NCBI GenBank assembly: GCA_016781775.1
Contig: JADDPR010000266.1
Span: 6,485 to 70,484 of the forward strand
Source: Rubrobacter sp.
GTDB lineage: Bacteria > Actinomycetota > Rubrobacteria > Rubrobacterales > Rubrobacteraceae
DNA length: 64,000 bases
Direction: 5' to 3'
The notes beneath the pieces were generated by a model, which was given only the letters and a program-made list of their open reading frames with translations, ran no database searches and was not told where the DNA came from. A program made the position numbers and the translations under genes. Below, one piece after another: positions 29,735 to 40,114 of this stretch (its first letter is position 1; each line of letters starts with the position of its first letter).

Positions 29735-30445
29735 TTACCGGGCCTCCTCGATGAGGGCCCGCCCGATCCTGACAATGGTGGCCCCTTCTTTGACGGCGAC
29801 AGCATAGTCGTTGCTCATACCCATGGAAAGTTCCGAAAGGTCGAAGTGTGGGGCCCAACCGGCCCTTAGCCTATCACGTGTCGCCCTGAGCTTTGCGAAA
29901 ACATAACGTACATCCTCGGGGTCCGCAACCAGCGGCGCGAGCGTGGAGAAGCCCCGGATCCGGACCTTTCCGCCGGTCCCGGCCGCCGCTTCCAACACGG
30001 CCTCGACCTCCTCCTCCCCGACCCCGTACTTGGACTCCTCACCGCTGACGTTGACCTGCACGAGCACCTCCATCCCATCCCCGGGCGCCCTCTTCGCCAA
30101 CTCCTCGACGAGCTTCGTCGAGTCCACGGAATGCACGAGCGCCACCCTACCCGCGACCTCCTTCGCCTTGCGGCGCTGCAGGTGGCCGATAAAGTGCCAC
30201 TCGAAGGCTTCCGGAAAGAGCTCCTGCTTGCGCAGCAAGTCCTCGGTCTTGTTCTCCCCGAGAAGCTCGATCCCGGCCTCCGCGAGCGCGCTTATCCCTT
30301 CCGGCTCGTAGTACTTGCTCGCCACGAGAAACCGCACTTCCTCCGGCCGGCGACCGCTCTCGCCGGCGGCCTCCGCGATCCTCTCGCGTACGCCCTCGAC
30401 TCGCTCCCTTATAAGACCCTTGGTCTGCAAGCTAACGCTCATCAT
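29735..30445 (-). CDS. yggS: PLP homeostasis protein YggS/YlmE
   Basis: VASKY, GENK, WHFIGHLQRRK, LSMGMSNDY, GATIVRIG. Confidence 0.95.
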   Translation of the reverse strand: MMSVSLQTKGLIRERVEGVRERIAEAAGESGRRPEEVRFLVASKYYEPEGISALAEAGIELLGENKTEDLLRKQELFPEAFEWHFIGHLQRRKAKEVAGRVALVHSVDSTKLVEELAKRAPGDGMEVLVQVNVSGEESKYGVGEEEVEAVLEAAAGTGGKVRIRGFSTLAPLVADPEDVRYVFAKLRATRDRLRAGWAPHFDLSELSMGMSNDYAVAVKEGATIVRIGRALIEEAR

Positions 30446-31208
30446 CCCGTCGACCGTCGCCCCCGGGGTCCAGCGCCACCGCCGCGAGGTTGCGGCCGGT
30501 CTTCGGTCCCTCCTTGCGGTGCGAGTAGAAAAGGTCGGTCCGGCAACCGGTGCAGAGCCCGAGGTCGTGCACCTCCGTCACGCCGGCTTCATGCAGGTCG
30601 GTCCGGATCGCCGCCGGCAGCGAGAGCATGCGTCCATCAACGACCTCCCGTCCGAACCTCGCGGCGAACTTCCCGGCGATCTCCTCCGAGACCTCGTAGC
30701 AGCACTGGCGGATGCCGGGCCCTATATAAGCGCGAACCGAAGGGGGGTCGCCCATCTCCTTCGCCGCCTTGCCCGAGATCCCCTTGAGCGTCCCCCTCCA
30801 TCCGGAGTGGACCATGCCTACGATCCCGTCGCCCACGAGCGCGACCGGCGCGCAGTCCGCTATCGCGACGACGAGCGAGAAACCTGCGCCCTCCGTGACG
30901 AGTGCATCCCCCTCCCCCGCGAACCCGCCTTCCTCCACCCGCACCACGCCGTCCCCGGCGACCTGCCGGACCCAGGCGGAGGAGCGCCCGTTCATGGCGT
31001 TCCTTATGCGGGAAAGGTTTTCCTGGACGGCGGAGGGCTCGTCGCCGACGAGGGTCGAGATGTTGAGCGTGTCGTAGGGCGGCTCGGAGACGCCGCCCTT
31101 GCGGGTAAAAAACCAGAGCTTCGCCCCCGGTGAGGCGGGCTCGGGGACAACGTAAGGCGCGCCGCCAGGGGTGTCGGCGGCGCGCTCTCTCCAGGGTGCG
31201 GTCTGCAA
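30432..31208 (-). CDS. pgeF: PgeF/YfiH (YlmD) laccase-domain protein
   Basis: FTRKGGVSEPPYDTLN, ADCAPV, HSGWRG, IGPGIRQCCYEV, CTGC...FYSHR. Confidence 0.93.
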   Translation of the reverse strand: MQTAPWRERAADTPGGAPYVVPEPASPGAKLWFFTRKGGVSEPPYDTLNISTLVGDEPSAVQENLSRIRNAMNGRSSAWVRQVAGDGVVRVEEGGFAGEGDALVTEGAGFSLVVAIADCAPVALVGDGIVGMVHSGWRGTLKGISGKAAKEMGDPPSVRAYIGPGIRQCCYEVSEEIAGKFAARFGREVVDGRMLSLPAAIRTDLHEAGVTEVHDLGLCTGCRTDLFYSHRKEGPKTGRNLAAVALDPGGDGRRDDER

Positions 31209-31229
31209 GGGCTAGCCCGGCCGGACCGC

Positions 31230-32306
31230 CTAGCGGCGGCGGAGGAAGGCCGGGATGTCGAGTACGTCGCCGCTCTCCCTATCCGCGGCCGGTGGCTCCT
31301 CCCGATCGCGATCCCGGGGGGCGTCGACCACCTGCTCCTCCCGGCGCCGGGTGACGAGGCGTTGATCGAAACCCGTGGCAATCACCGTCACGCTGACGCG
31401 TTCGCCGTAGGTCTCGTCCACCACCGCCCCGAAGATAAGGTTCGCGTCCTGGTGGGCGGCGTTGTGCACGATCTCCGCGGCCTCGTTCACCTCGAAGAGC
31501 CCGAGGTCCGTCCCGCCCGTGATGTTCAAGATGATCCCGGTGGCACCCTCGATGCTCGCCTCGAGCAGGGGGCTGCTGATCGCGGTCCTCGCCGCCTCGG
31601 CCCCCCTGGCCTCGCTGCTCGACTCGCCGATGCCCATAAGAGCGGAGCCCGAGTTCTGCATGATCGTACGCACGTCCGCGAAGTCGAGGTTTATGAGGCC
31701 CGGAACCGTGATGAGGTCCGTGATCCCCTGAACGCCCTTGCGCAGCACGTCGTCGGCCATCTTGAAGGCATCCATCATGCTGGTCCGCTTCTCGGCGACC
31801 TGCAAGAGCCTGTCGTTCGGGATGATGATCAGGGAGTCGACGTTCTCCTTGAGGCGCTTGATGCCCTCCTCGGCGTACGTCCCGCGCCGCCGACCCTCGA
31901 AGGTGAACGGCCGCGTCACGACCCCGACCGTAAGAGCACCCTGCTCCCGGGCCAGCTTCGCGACCACGGGGGCCGCGCCCGTCCCGGTGCCGCCTCCCTT
32001 GCCGGCCGTAACAAAGACCATGTCGGCCCCGCGAAGGGCCTCCTCGATCTCCTGCTTGCTCTCCTCGGCGGCCTCCATCCCGATCTTCGGGTCGGCGCCG
32101 GCCCCGAGGCCACGCGTCAGCTTCTCGCCGATGTGGATCTTCATGTCCGCATCGCACATCTGCAACGCCTGCGCGTCCGTGTTCACGGCGATGAACTCGA
32201 CCCCGGTCAAACCGGAGTTGATCATGCGGTTCACGGCATTGGTCCCGCCGCCGCCGATCCCTACGACCTTGATCACCGCCAAATAGTTAGTCCCCGACTC
32301 CAACAT
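31230..32306 (-). CDS. ftsZ: Cell division protein FtsZ
   Basis: [32 protein letters not shown]-terminal [10 protein letters not shown]. Confidence 0.99.
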   Translation of the reverse strand: MLESGTNYLAVIKVVGIGGGGTNAVNRMINSGLTGVEFIAVNTDAQALQMCDADMKIHIGEKLTRGLGAGADPKIGMEAAEESKQEIEEALRGADMVFVTAGKGGGTGTGAAPVVAKLAREQGALTVGVVTRPFTFEGRRRGTYAEEGIKRLKENVDSLIIIPNDRLLQVAEKRTSMMDAFKMADDVLRKGVQGITDLITVPGLINLDFADVRTIMQNSGSALMGIGESSSEARGAEAARTAISSPLLEASIEGATGIILNITGGTDLGLFEVNEAAEIVHNAAHQDANLIFGAVVDETYGERVSVTVIATGFDQRLVTRRREEQVVDAPRDRDREEPPAADRESGDVLDIPAFLRRR

Positions 32307-32355
32307 TACCTTCCCAGCCCTCCGTCGCCTGCGCTTTAGCCAGCCTCTCCGGTCC

Positions 32356-33567
32356 CTAACCGGGCAAAACCCGGAACCACCCCTTGACCGCGGCCACTAT
32401 GCTACCAAAATCAAATGCCCCCGCACCTTTACTCTTCGGTCGAAGGTCATCGTTTTTCGCGGCGAAGTATAGCAGACCGACCGCCGTTGAATACTGAGGC
32501 TTCTGTACAGGCTTAACGTCGCCCTTGATGCGACGGGGCACGGCGAGCCTGGCGCGCATTCCGAGTATCTCCTCGGCAAGCTGCCCGAAGCCCTCCAACT
32601 GCGAGCCCCCACCGGTGAGCACGATGCCCCCCGGCAGGGAGTTTCGGACGCGCGCATGGTCCAGGGAATCGCGGGCGAACTCCAGGACCTCGCGGGCCCG
32701 GTATTCGAGAATCTGGCTGATGAACTTGGCGCTGTGGTGCCGGTCGTCGAGGAGGACGGGGGCGACGTCGTCGACCCCGTCGGAGAGCGCGCTGCCGTAG
32801 CGGACCTTGAGCCGCTCGGCGTCCTCGAACGGCAGCTTGAGCCCGTAGGCGACGTCGGCCGAGAAGCTCTCGCCCCCGATCGGGACGACGGCTGTGTGGG
32901 CGAGGGAGCCGCGTAAGAACGCGGCGATGTCGGTCGTCCCGCCGCCGATGTCGAGGAGGGCGGTCCCCATCTGCCTGTCGTCGGGTGAGAGGCACGCCTC
33001 GGCGGAGGCCAGCGGTTCGAGCACCACGCGCGAGACCCTCACCCCGCAGTCCTCGACGGCGCCGAGCAGGTTCTGGATGCTGGAGATCGCGCCGCTCACC
33101 ACGTGCGCCCGCATCGTCACCCGGCGCGCCGCGAGGCCGACTGGCTGCCTTACCCCCTCGGTGCCGTCGAGGACGAAGGAGCGCGGGACGACGTGCAAGA
33201 CCTCCTCGTCCTCGTCGGGGTCCGCGCCCCGCGCCTCGGCATGGAGCCTCTTCAAGAACCTCTCGGTGACGAGGCGGTTGCGGCTCCTGTTGAGGAGCGT
33301 AACCTCGGTGTTGAGGGAGCGGATGTGGCTCCCGGCTATGCCGACGCTGACGGGTCCACCGCGCAGCTTGCCCCCGCCGCACGCCTCGATGGCCTCGGCT
33401 ACGGACTCGGTCGCGGCCTCCCGGTCCACGACGACGCCGCGCCGCAGGCCGTAGCTCGGGGCCTCTCCCATCGCGAGCACCTCGACGGGGCGCCGCCCGT
33501 CGACCCGACCCGCGATCGCCACGATCTTCGTCGTGCCGACATCCAGCCCATAAACCAGCTTCGACAC
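32356..33567 (-). CDS. ftsA: Cell division protein FtsA
   Basis: [46 protein letters not shown]-terminal amphipathic helix. Confidence 0.96.
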   Translation of the reverse strand: MSKLVYGLDVGTTKIVAIAGRVDGRRPVEVLAMGEAPSYGLRRGVVVDREAATESVAEAIEACGGGKLRGGPVSVGIAGSHIRSLNTEVTLLNRSRNRLVTERFLKRLHAEARGADPDEDEEVLHVVPRSFVLDGTEGVRQPVGLAARRVTMRAHVVSGAISSIQNLLGAVEDCGVRVSRVVLEPLASAEACLSPDDRQMGTALLDIGGGTTDIAAFLRGSLAHTAVVPIGGESFSADVAYGLKLPFEDAERLKVRYGSALSDGVDDVAPVLLDDRHHSAKFISQILEYRAREVLEFARDSLDHARVRNSLPGGIVLTGGGSQLEGFGQLAEEILGMRARLAVPRRIKGDVKPVQKPQYSTAVGLLYFAAKNDDLRPKSKGAGAFDFGSIVAAVKGWFRVLPG

Positions 33568-33574
33568 GTTCGCG

Positions 33575-34261
33575 TTACCCGTTCGGCCTACCGGAGGGAC
33601 CGTCCCTCTCCACCGCCGCCGCAGCGACCACGACCCTCTCCGGGGAACGCAGGTCGAAGTACGGAGCTTCCGGATGCTTCTTCATTACCCCCGCGAGGGC
33701 GCGAACCTGTCCGGCCTCCACCCCTCCTCCGAACAGGACGCGACGGCCCTCCACGGTGGCCTCCACGCCCCCCGCTCCTACCCCGTCCACGGAATCGAGA
33801 CGCACCCCGTTCTCCTCCAACGCCTCGCTGATACCCAAGATCTCCTCCAGCCGCCCCTCGTCGAGCTCGACCCTCCTGAGGCGCGCTCCCCCCAACCCGG
33901 GGAGCTGCGTGCCGTCGGCAGCCCACACGCCGCCCCTCCCCCGGCCCAGATCGCCGCTCAGAACGGCCCTGCGCTCCTCAACCTCTACTAGAACTATACC
34001 GGATTCCTTATTTTCCAGCACCTTTGCACCCTTCACCCAAGGATTAGCTTCTATCTTACGCGCCAGCTCCTCCTCGTCGAGAGTGAGGAAGCTAGCACGG
34101 TCGGGCAAGGCAGCCCAGGCCTCCCTCTCGGGGAACATACGGGCCCCCTTTACGTCGACGCCGGTAACGGGGAACAGGAGGTAGGCCCCGTAGAAGGCGG
34201 CGAGTGCGGTGAGGGAAGCGACAACGACCGAGACGATCAGGGCTTTCAGCAGCCTATGCAG
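33575..34261 (-). CDS. ftsQ: Cell division protein FtsQ/DivIB; probable CTG start
   Basis: TM helix plus POTRA 'VTGVDVKG...IEANPWVKGAKV...VEVEER', C-terminal 'YFDLRSPERVVV'; between murC and ftsA. Confidence 0.82.
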   Translation of the reverse strand: MHRLLKALIVSVVVASLTALAAFYGAYLLFPVTGVDVKGARMFPEREAWAALPDRASFLTLDEEELARKIEANPWVKGAKVLENKESGIVLVEVEERRAVLSGDLGRGRGGVWAADGTQLPGLGGARLRRVELDEGRLEEILGISEALEENGVRLDSVDGVGAGGVEATVEGRRVLFGGGVEAGQVRALAGVMKKHPEAPYFDLRSPERVVVAAAAVERDGPSGRPNG

Positions 34262-34296
34262 AGGGAATCGCCTTCACGAGAATTCTTCCGTACCGC

Positions 34297-35649
34297 TTAT
34301 CCGAGGGTAGCCAGGAACTCGTCGCCCGCTCGCGAGATGTCCCCGGCGCCCATAGTGAGGACGGTGTCGTTGGGGTGGGAGATGGCGCGAAGCACGGTCG
34401 GGATGTCGTGCCCGTCGGGGACGTAGTAGACGTCTGGGCGCTCGGGGGCCTGACTCTCGCAGACGGCGTCCACGATCAGCTTCCCGCTCACCCCCGGCTG
34501 GGGCATCTCGCCGGCGCCGTAGACCTCCGTCACGAGGACAGCATCGGCGGCGGTCAAAGCCTCCCCGAACTCGCGGTACAGGGTACGGGTGCGCGAGTAA
34601 CGGTGCGGCTGGAAGACGGCAACCACCCGCCCGTCCGTGGAGGAGGTAGCCCGGGCTACCTCCAGGGTCGCGGAGAGCTCCGTCGGGTGGTGGGCGTAAT
34701 CGTCCACGACGCGGATGCCGTCCTTCACGCCCTTGAGTTGGAACCGCCGCCGGACGCCACCGAAGTTCTCGAGGCTCCGGGCGGCCGCGTAGGCGTCGTG
34801 GCCGAGCCAGCGGGCGACGCCGGCCGCCGCGAGCGAGTTGAGGATGTTGTGCCGTCCGTGGACGCCGAGCTCGACGGCGCCCCGGCTCTCACCGTCCTCG
34901 TACAAGAGATAGGAGTTGGACGTGAGGGGCTCCGCCCTGAGGTCCCCGGCCCCTATCCCGTAGGTCGTAACGGGGCAAGGGGCGAGGGCCGCGAGCTCCG
35001 TGCAGTTCGCGTCGTCGGCGCAGGTGACGAGGTGTCCTCCGGCGGGGAGCTTCCGGACGAATTTCTCGAAGGTCTCCATGACGTCCTCGAGGGAGGAGTA
35101 GAAGTCCGGGTGGTCGAACTCGACGTTGGTGACGACGGCGGCGAGGGGGTCGAGGTGGAGCAGGGAGCGGTCGGACTCGTCGGCCTCGGCGACGAAGAGG
35201 TCGGAGGAGCTTAGGACCACGTTGCTGCCTATGTCGTTCAGCTCGCCGCCTATGAGCGCGGTCGGGTTCTCGCCCTGGGCCCTGAGGGCGTGGGTCGTCA
35301 TGCTCGTGGTCGTGGTCTTGCCGTGGGTGCCGGCGACGGCGACGCTCCTGCCCCCGGAGAGGATGCGGGCCAGGGCGCCGGCGCGGGGGACCACCGGGAT
35401 CGAGCGCCGGTGCGCTTCGAGGAGCTCGGGGTTCGTGGAGGGGATGGCCGTCGAGATCACGACCTCCTCCGCGTCGCCGACCTGATGGGCGGCGTGCCCG
35501 ATATAAACCGTCACCCCGGCCTCCGAAAGCCTCCGGGTGTAGGGCGACTCCTTGAGGTCGGAGCCCGTGACGCGGTGGCCCGCGCCGTGCAGGACCTCCG
35601 CGATGCCGCTCATCCCGGCGCCGCCGATCCCGATCATGTGGATCTTCAT
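34297..35649 (-). CDS. murC: UDP-N-acetylmuramate-L-alanine ligase
   Basis: IHMIGIGGAGMSG, AGTHGKTTTT, EADESD, DDYAHHPTE, FQPHRYSRT. Confidence 0.98.
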   Translation of the reverse strand: MKIHMIGIGGAGMSGIAEVLHGAGHRVTGSDLKESPYTRRLSEAGVTVYIGHAAHQVGDAEEVVISTAIPSTNPELLEAHRRSIPVVPRAGALARILSGGRSVAVAGTHGKTTTTSMTTHALRAQGENPTALIGGELNDIGSNVVLSSSDLFVAEADESDRSLLHLDPLAAVVTNVEFDHPDFYSSLEDVMETFEKFVRKLPAGGHLVTCADDANCTELAALAPCPVTTYGIGAGDLRAEPLTSNSYLLYEDGESRGAVELGVHGRHNILNSLAAAGVARWLGHDAYAAARSLENFGGVRRRFQLKGVKDGIRVVDDYAHHPTELSATLEVARATSSTDGRVVAVFQPHRYSRTRTLYREFGEALTAADAVLVTEVYGAGEMPQPGVSGKLIVDAVCESQAPERPDVYYVPDGHDIPTVLRAISHPNDTVLTMGAGDISRAGDEFLATLG

Positions 35650-36764
35650 CGTGTTCCTCCGTTCGTCCCAGTTGTAGCCGCGGAGAGGAGCCTCCCGGCG
35701 ACCTCGTCCGCCGCGTGCGGGGTGGCGAGGCCGCGCATGTTCCGGGCGAGCCCCTCCCGACGCGTCTCGTCGTTGAGTAGTCCCTCGACCCGGTCCCGAA
35801 GCGCCGCTGCGTCCACCTCGTCGTCGAGCATAAGCTCGCCCGCCCCCCCCTCGGTGAAGTAGCGGGCGTTGTAGAGTTGGTGATCTCCGGTCGCGTAGGG
35901 GTACGGGACGAGGACCGAGGCCCGGCCCACGGCGGCGGCATCGAAGAGGGAGCCTGCTCCGGCACGCATCACCACGACGTCCGAGGCAGCGATGGCGTGC
36001 CAGAGCTCATCGTCGTACGCGACGATCTTGTGGCGGGGGTTCTTCGTGGAGAGGCGCCCGAAGTCGCGTCGGCCGGAGATCTGTACGATCGAGTACGGCG
36101 TCTCCCCGCCCCCGAAGGCCTCCGCCGCCGCCAGGTTGAGCTTCAGGGCGCCGCCGCTCCCACCAAAGAGCAGGACCACCGGCGGCTCGACCCCGAGGCG
36201 GGCGAGCCCCTCCTCCCGCGACGCCTCAAAGAACTCCTTGCGCGTCGGCATCCCGACGGGGACGGCGCGCTTCAAGGCTTGCCTCGCCGCCGGGAAGGTG
36301 ACGAGCACCTCCTGCGTGAAGCGCGAGGCGAGCTTGTTCGTCCTGCCGGGGACGGAGTTCTGCTCGTGGAGGAAGGTCGGGATGCCCAGAGCCCTGGCCG
36401 CGAGGACCGCCGGGGCGCTCGCGTAGCCGCCGACGCCGAGAACGGCGCCGGGGCGAAAGGACTTCAGGATCCCGCGGCAGCGGGAGACCGCCCGCGCGAA
36501 GAGCAGGCCGGCCCGGGCTCGGGCGGTCGGGCCTCCGGCGAAGCCGGCGAGGGGGAGGGCGTGGAGATCGTAGCCCGCCTTCGGGACGAGGTCGGCCTCG
36601 ATGCCGGTCTCCGAGCCTATAAAGGCGACTTCGGCCGCCGCACCGCGCAAGCTATCCGCCACGCACAACGCGGGGATCGCGTGCCCCCCCGTCCCGCCGC
36701 CGGCGATCAGGACGCGAGCTCCCGCGCCGCTCCCCGGTCGAAGCGCGTCTCGCCTCTCTCGCAA
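35646..36764 (-). CDS. murG: Lipid II GlcNAc transferase MurG
   Basis: AGGGTGGH, GVGGYAS, HEQNSVPG, FGGSGGA, RAGA, HQLYNA; TTG start 9 nt after GGAGG. Confidence 0.95.
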   Translation of the reverse strand: MRERRDALRPGSGAGARVLIAGGGTGGHAIPALCVADSLRGAAAEVAFIGSETGIEADLVPKAGYDLHALPLAGFAGGPTARARAGLLFARAVSRCRGILKSFRPGAVLGVGGYASAPAVLAARALGIPTFLHEQNSVPGRTNKLASRFTQEVLVTFPAARQALKRAVPVGMPTRKEFFEASREEGLARLGVEPPVVLLFGGSGGALKLNLAAAEAFGGGETPYSIVQISGRRDFGRLSTKNPRHKIVAYDDELWHAIAASDVVVMRAGAGSLFDAAAVGRASVLVPYPYATGDHQLYNARYFTEGGAGELMLDDEVDAAALRDRVEGLLNDETRREGLARNMRGLATPHAADEVAGRLLSAATTGTNGGTR

Positions 36765-37794
36765 CCTCACTATCCTCCGATACGCGGTACAGAATCCCCA
36801 CCGCCGCAAAGCAGACGAGGAGGCTTGAACCGCCGTAGCTTATAAACGGCAGCGTCATCCCGGCCAGTGGGACGACGCTCATGGTGGCCCCGATGTTGAA
36901 GACGGTCTGGACGGCGAACATCGTGGCGAGGCCCGCCGCCAGGCACCGGCCCAACACCGTCGGGGCGTTCAGGGCGATGAAGTACGCAGAGACCACGAAG
37001 AAGCCGAAGGCCCCGATCACGGCGAACATCCCGAGGAGCCCCAGTTCTTCTCCGACGAGGGCGAAGATCATGTCGGTGTGAAGCTCCGGCACCGGTATCG
37101 CGCCGCCCCCGGCGCCGGCCCCGAGGTAGCTCCCTCCGCGTATCGCGCTCATGGACTGGCAGATCTGGTACCCCGACCCGTCGCAGACGCTCAAGGGGTC
37201 CAGAAAGGTCATGAACCGCTCTCGCCTGTACGGCTCCGCGAGCATCGCCCCGACGAGCATCACGAGCGCCCCGCACCCCGCGAGCAGGAGGTCGCGCGTC
37301 CTGAGCTCCGAGGCCCACAACACCCCGGCCGCCCCGGCCGCCACGACCACCGAGGTCCCGAAGTCCGGCTCCACGAGGACGAGCACGAAGAGGAGCCCCA
37401 CCGCGCCGATCGGCCGCCACGGCAACCCCGACCCCGGACGCGCCCGCGAGACCACCGCCGCGAGAAGCACCACCGCCGCGAGCTTCGCGAACTCCGCCGG
37501 CTGCACCTGTATAGGCCCAACTCCTATCCACCTGCGGGCCCCCCCGATCTCGTCCCCCACGAAGAGCACGAGAACGAGGCTCAGCAGCACGCCCACGTAC
37601 AGCGGCGGCGCTATCTTGCGCCAGGCCGTGTACCGTATCCCCTTCGTCACGAAGAACGCCACGACCCCGACCCCCACGTGCGCGAAGCGCGTCACGAGGG
37701 TATCCGTGCTCGAGGTCGCCGAGTACACCATCACATTCCCGAGGGCCGCGAGCGCGAGCGCGACGACGAACAGGTTCGCCCGAAGCGAGGTCAC
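36652..37794 (-). CDS. ftsW: SEDS peptidoglycan polymerase FtsW
   Basis: MVYSAT, GARRWI, QPAEFAK, EPDFGT, GYQICQS, PELHTDMIFA, EELG, LPFISYGGSS. Confidence 0.95.
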   Translation of the reverse strand: MTSLRANLFVVALALAALGNVMVYSATSSTDTLVTRFAHVGVGVVAFFVTKGIRYTAWRKIAPPLYVGVLLSLVLVLFVGDEIGGARRWIGVGPIQVQPAEFAKLAAVVLLAAVVSRARPGSGLPWRPIGAVGLLFVLVLVEPDFGTSVVVAAGAAGVLWASELRTRDLLLAGCGALVMLVGAMLAEPYRRERFMTFLDPLSVCDGSGYQICQSMSAIRGGSYLGAGAGGGAIPVPELHTDMIFALVGEELGLLGMFAVIGAFGFFVVSAYFIALNAPTVLGRCLAAGLATMFAVQTVFNIGATMSVVPLAGMTLPFISYGGSSLLVCFAAVGILYRVSEDSEVAREARRASTGERRGSSRPDRRRRDGGARDPRVVRGG

Positions 37795-39122
37795 GGTCGC
37801 ACCCCGTCCGGAGCGGTCGAGAGCCGCGCAAAGGCCTCCCCCCTCTCCGCGTAACCGGAGAACTGGTCGAAGCTCGCGCACCCGGGCGAGAGCAGTACTA
37901 CGTCGCCCGGCCGGGCGAGGGCGCGAGCCTCCTCCACTGCCGAGCGGAGGTCGGGGAGCAGCCGGACCTCCGCCTCTACCCCGGCCTCGTTCAGAAACCC
38001 GTGGAGGCGGGGCCCCGCCTCCCCCTGGCAGAGGATCGCGCGGCACCATCCCAGGTGGGGCAGCACCTCCGAAAAATCGGTCTCCTTCTCCGAGCCCCCG
38101 AGGATAAGCACGACCGGTCCCTCGATCCCCGCGAGCGCCGCCGCCACGGCGGCCGGATTCGTCGCCTTCGAGTCGTCGACCCACGCCACACCCCCGCTCT
38201 CCCCGACGACCTCCATCCTGTGCGGCTTGAGACCATAACCCCGAAGCCCCTCACGGATGCCTGCCATCCCGGCCCCGAGCCCCTCGGCCGTCAGGGCAGC
38301 AAAGAGCGCGTTCTCCAGGTTGTGCCCCCCCACAAAAGGCAGCTCCGAGACCTCCACGAGAGGCTGCCCCCGAAGCAGCAACCTTCCCTCCTGGACCCTC
38401 GTCTCCCCATCCCCGACGACGACCGTCTCGGCGGCGAGCCCCTCCACCGCGCTCCGGCCTACCTCGTCGCCGGCGCTCACCAGCGCGAGGTCCTCCGGGT
38501 TCTGCCCGTCGAAGATGCGCAGCTTGTCGGCGACGTACTCCTCGAAGGAGGCGTGCCAGTTGAGGTGATCGGGGCGTACGTTCAGGAGCGCTGCGACGTC
38601 GAAGCCGGGGTTTTCGAGGTAGTGGAGCCCGAACGAGGAGACTTCGAGGACGAGCGTGCCGGCGTCGCGGACCTCCTCCAGGCAGCCGGTGAGGGCCCGC
38701 CAGGAGTTGCCGGCGACGGCGTGCGGGACCTCGGAGGCGGTCAGGCAGTGCCCGATCATGTCGACCACCGTCGTCTTGCCGTTCGTCCCGGTGACGGCCG
38801 CGACGTTGAGGCCCGGGGCCTCGGTCCTCAGGAGCTCGAGCCCGAGGGCAACCTCCGAAAGAATGGGGATGCCCCCCTTCTCCGCGGCCGAGAGCAGGGC
38901 GTCGGCGGGCCGGATGCCGGGGCTGGCAACGACCCGGTCGAAGCCCTCTTCGAGAACCTCGGGGCCAACACCGAAGCGCGTCTCGGCGCCGAGCCCTTCG
39001 GCCGACCGGCGCAGCCCTTTGGAATCGTTCGCGTCAACCGCGATCACTTCGACGCCACGCTCCCCCAAAGCGCGCGCGGCGGCGAGGCCGGACTCCCCGA
39101 GGCCGTAGACGAGGGTGGTCAT
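37791..39122 (-). CDS. murD: UDP-MurNAc-L-Ala-D-Glu ligase
   Basis: GLGESG, VTGTNGKTTV, LEVSSF, PDHLNWH, DDSKATN, LSPGCASFDQF. Confidence 0.97.
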   Translation of the reverse strand: MTTLVYGLGESGLAAARALGERGVEVIAVDANDSKGLRRSAEGLGAETRFGVGPEVLEEGFDRVVASPGIRPADALLSAAEKGGIPILSEVALGLELLRTEAPGLNVAAVTGTNGKTTVVDMIGHCLTASEVPHAVAGNSWRALTGCLEEVRDAGTLVLEVSSFGLHYLENPGFDVAALLNVRPDHLNWHASFEEYVADKLRIFDGQNPEDLALVSAGDEVGRSAVEGLAAETVVVGDGETRVQEGRLLLRGQPLVEVSELPFVGGHNLENALFAALTAEGLGAGMAGIREGLRGYGLKPHRMEVVGESGGVAWVDDSKATNPAAVAAALAGIEGPVVLILGGSEKETDFSEVLPHLGWCRAILCQGEAGPRLHGFLNEAGVEAEVRLLPDLRSAVEEARALARPGDVVLLSPGCASFDQFSGYAERGEAFARLSTAPDGVRP

Positions 39123-40114
39123 ACGGCGTCGTTGTACAGGGTGAAGTAGTAGAGGACGAAACCGGCGGAGGCGAAGACGGCCTGGATGATCCAGAAGCGC
39201 ACCACAACCTTGTTCTCTTCCCACCCCATAAATTCGAAGTGGTGGTGGATCGGGGCCATCTTGAAGACCCGCTTGCCGGTGAGCTTGAAGAAGACCACCT
39301 GGATCATCACCGAGAGCGTCTCGATCACGAAGATCCCGCCGATCACCGGCAGCAGCATCTCCGTCTTCGTCAGCACCGCTGCCACCGCGAGCACGCCGCC
39401 GATGGCGAGCGACCCCGTATCCCCCATAAACACCTCGGCGGGATGCGAGTTGAACCAGAGAAACCCGATGATAGCCCCGACCATCGCCCCGCACACCACG
39501 GCGAGGTCGTACTGGCGCTCCAGAAACGCTATGGCGGTGTAGGCGAGCAGCGCGATAGCCCCGGCCCCCGCCGCGAGCCCGTCGAGCCCGTCGGTCAGGT
39601 TGACGGCGTTCGTCGCCCCCACGATCACGAGCAGCACGAGCACGCTGAAGAGCGCCACCCCCACGACCCCGGGTCCGAGCACGAGGTTCCGGTCGAGCCC
39701 CGGCAGTATCACGTTCTGCGTCACGCCGACGTATCGCAGGGCCATGATGTCCGCGACGACGACGGCGAGCATGAGAAGCAGGGCTTTGTAGCGCGCGCTC
39801 AGCCCCTCGTTGCGCCGGTTGGAGATCTTCTGCCAGTCGTCATACAGCCCTATCGCCGCCACGGCGGAGACAAGGAGCAGCACGGTCGCCGTAGCGAAGT
39901 TCGGTCTCGCCACCACGACGAGCGCCGAGGCGAGGCCGAGCAGCATCACGACGCCTCCCATCGTCGGCGTCCCCTGCTTTATGAGGTGCGTCTGCGGCCC
40001 CTCCTCGCGCACGAACTGCCCGAACTTCTTGTTTCTGAGGAACTCTATAAACTTCGACCCCAACGCCAGGGTAACCAGAAAGGCGATCCCGGCCGCCAGG
40101 ATAACGCTAAACAA
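39119..40114 (-). CDS. mraY: Phospho-MurNAc-pentapeptide transferase
   Basis: KQGTPTMGG, DDWQK, NAVNLTDGLDGLA, FMGDTGS, MAPIHHHFE. Confidence 0.98.
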   Translation of the reverse strand: MFSVILAAGIAFLVTLALGSKFIEFLRNKKFGQFVREEGPQTHLIKQGTPTMGGVVMLLGLASALVVVARPNFATATVLLLVSAVAAIGLYDDWQKISNRRNEGLSARYKALLLMLAVVVADIMALRYVGVTQNVILPGLDRNLVLGPGVVGVALFSVLVLLVIVGATNAVNLTDGLDGLAAGAGAIALLAYTAIAFLERQYDLAVVCGAMVGAIIGFLWFNSHPAEVFMGDTGSLAIGGVLAVAAVLTKTEMLLPVIGGIFVIETLSVMIQVVFFKLTGKRVFKMAPIHHHFEFMGWEENKVVVRFWIIQAVFASAGFVLYYFTLYNDAV

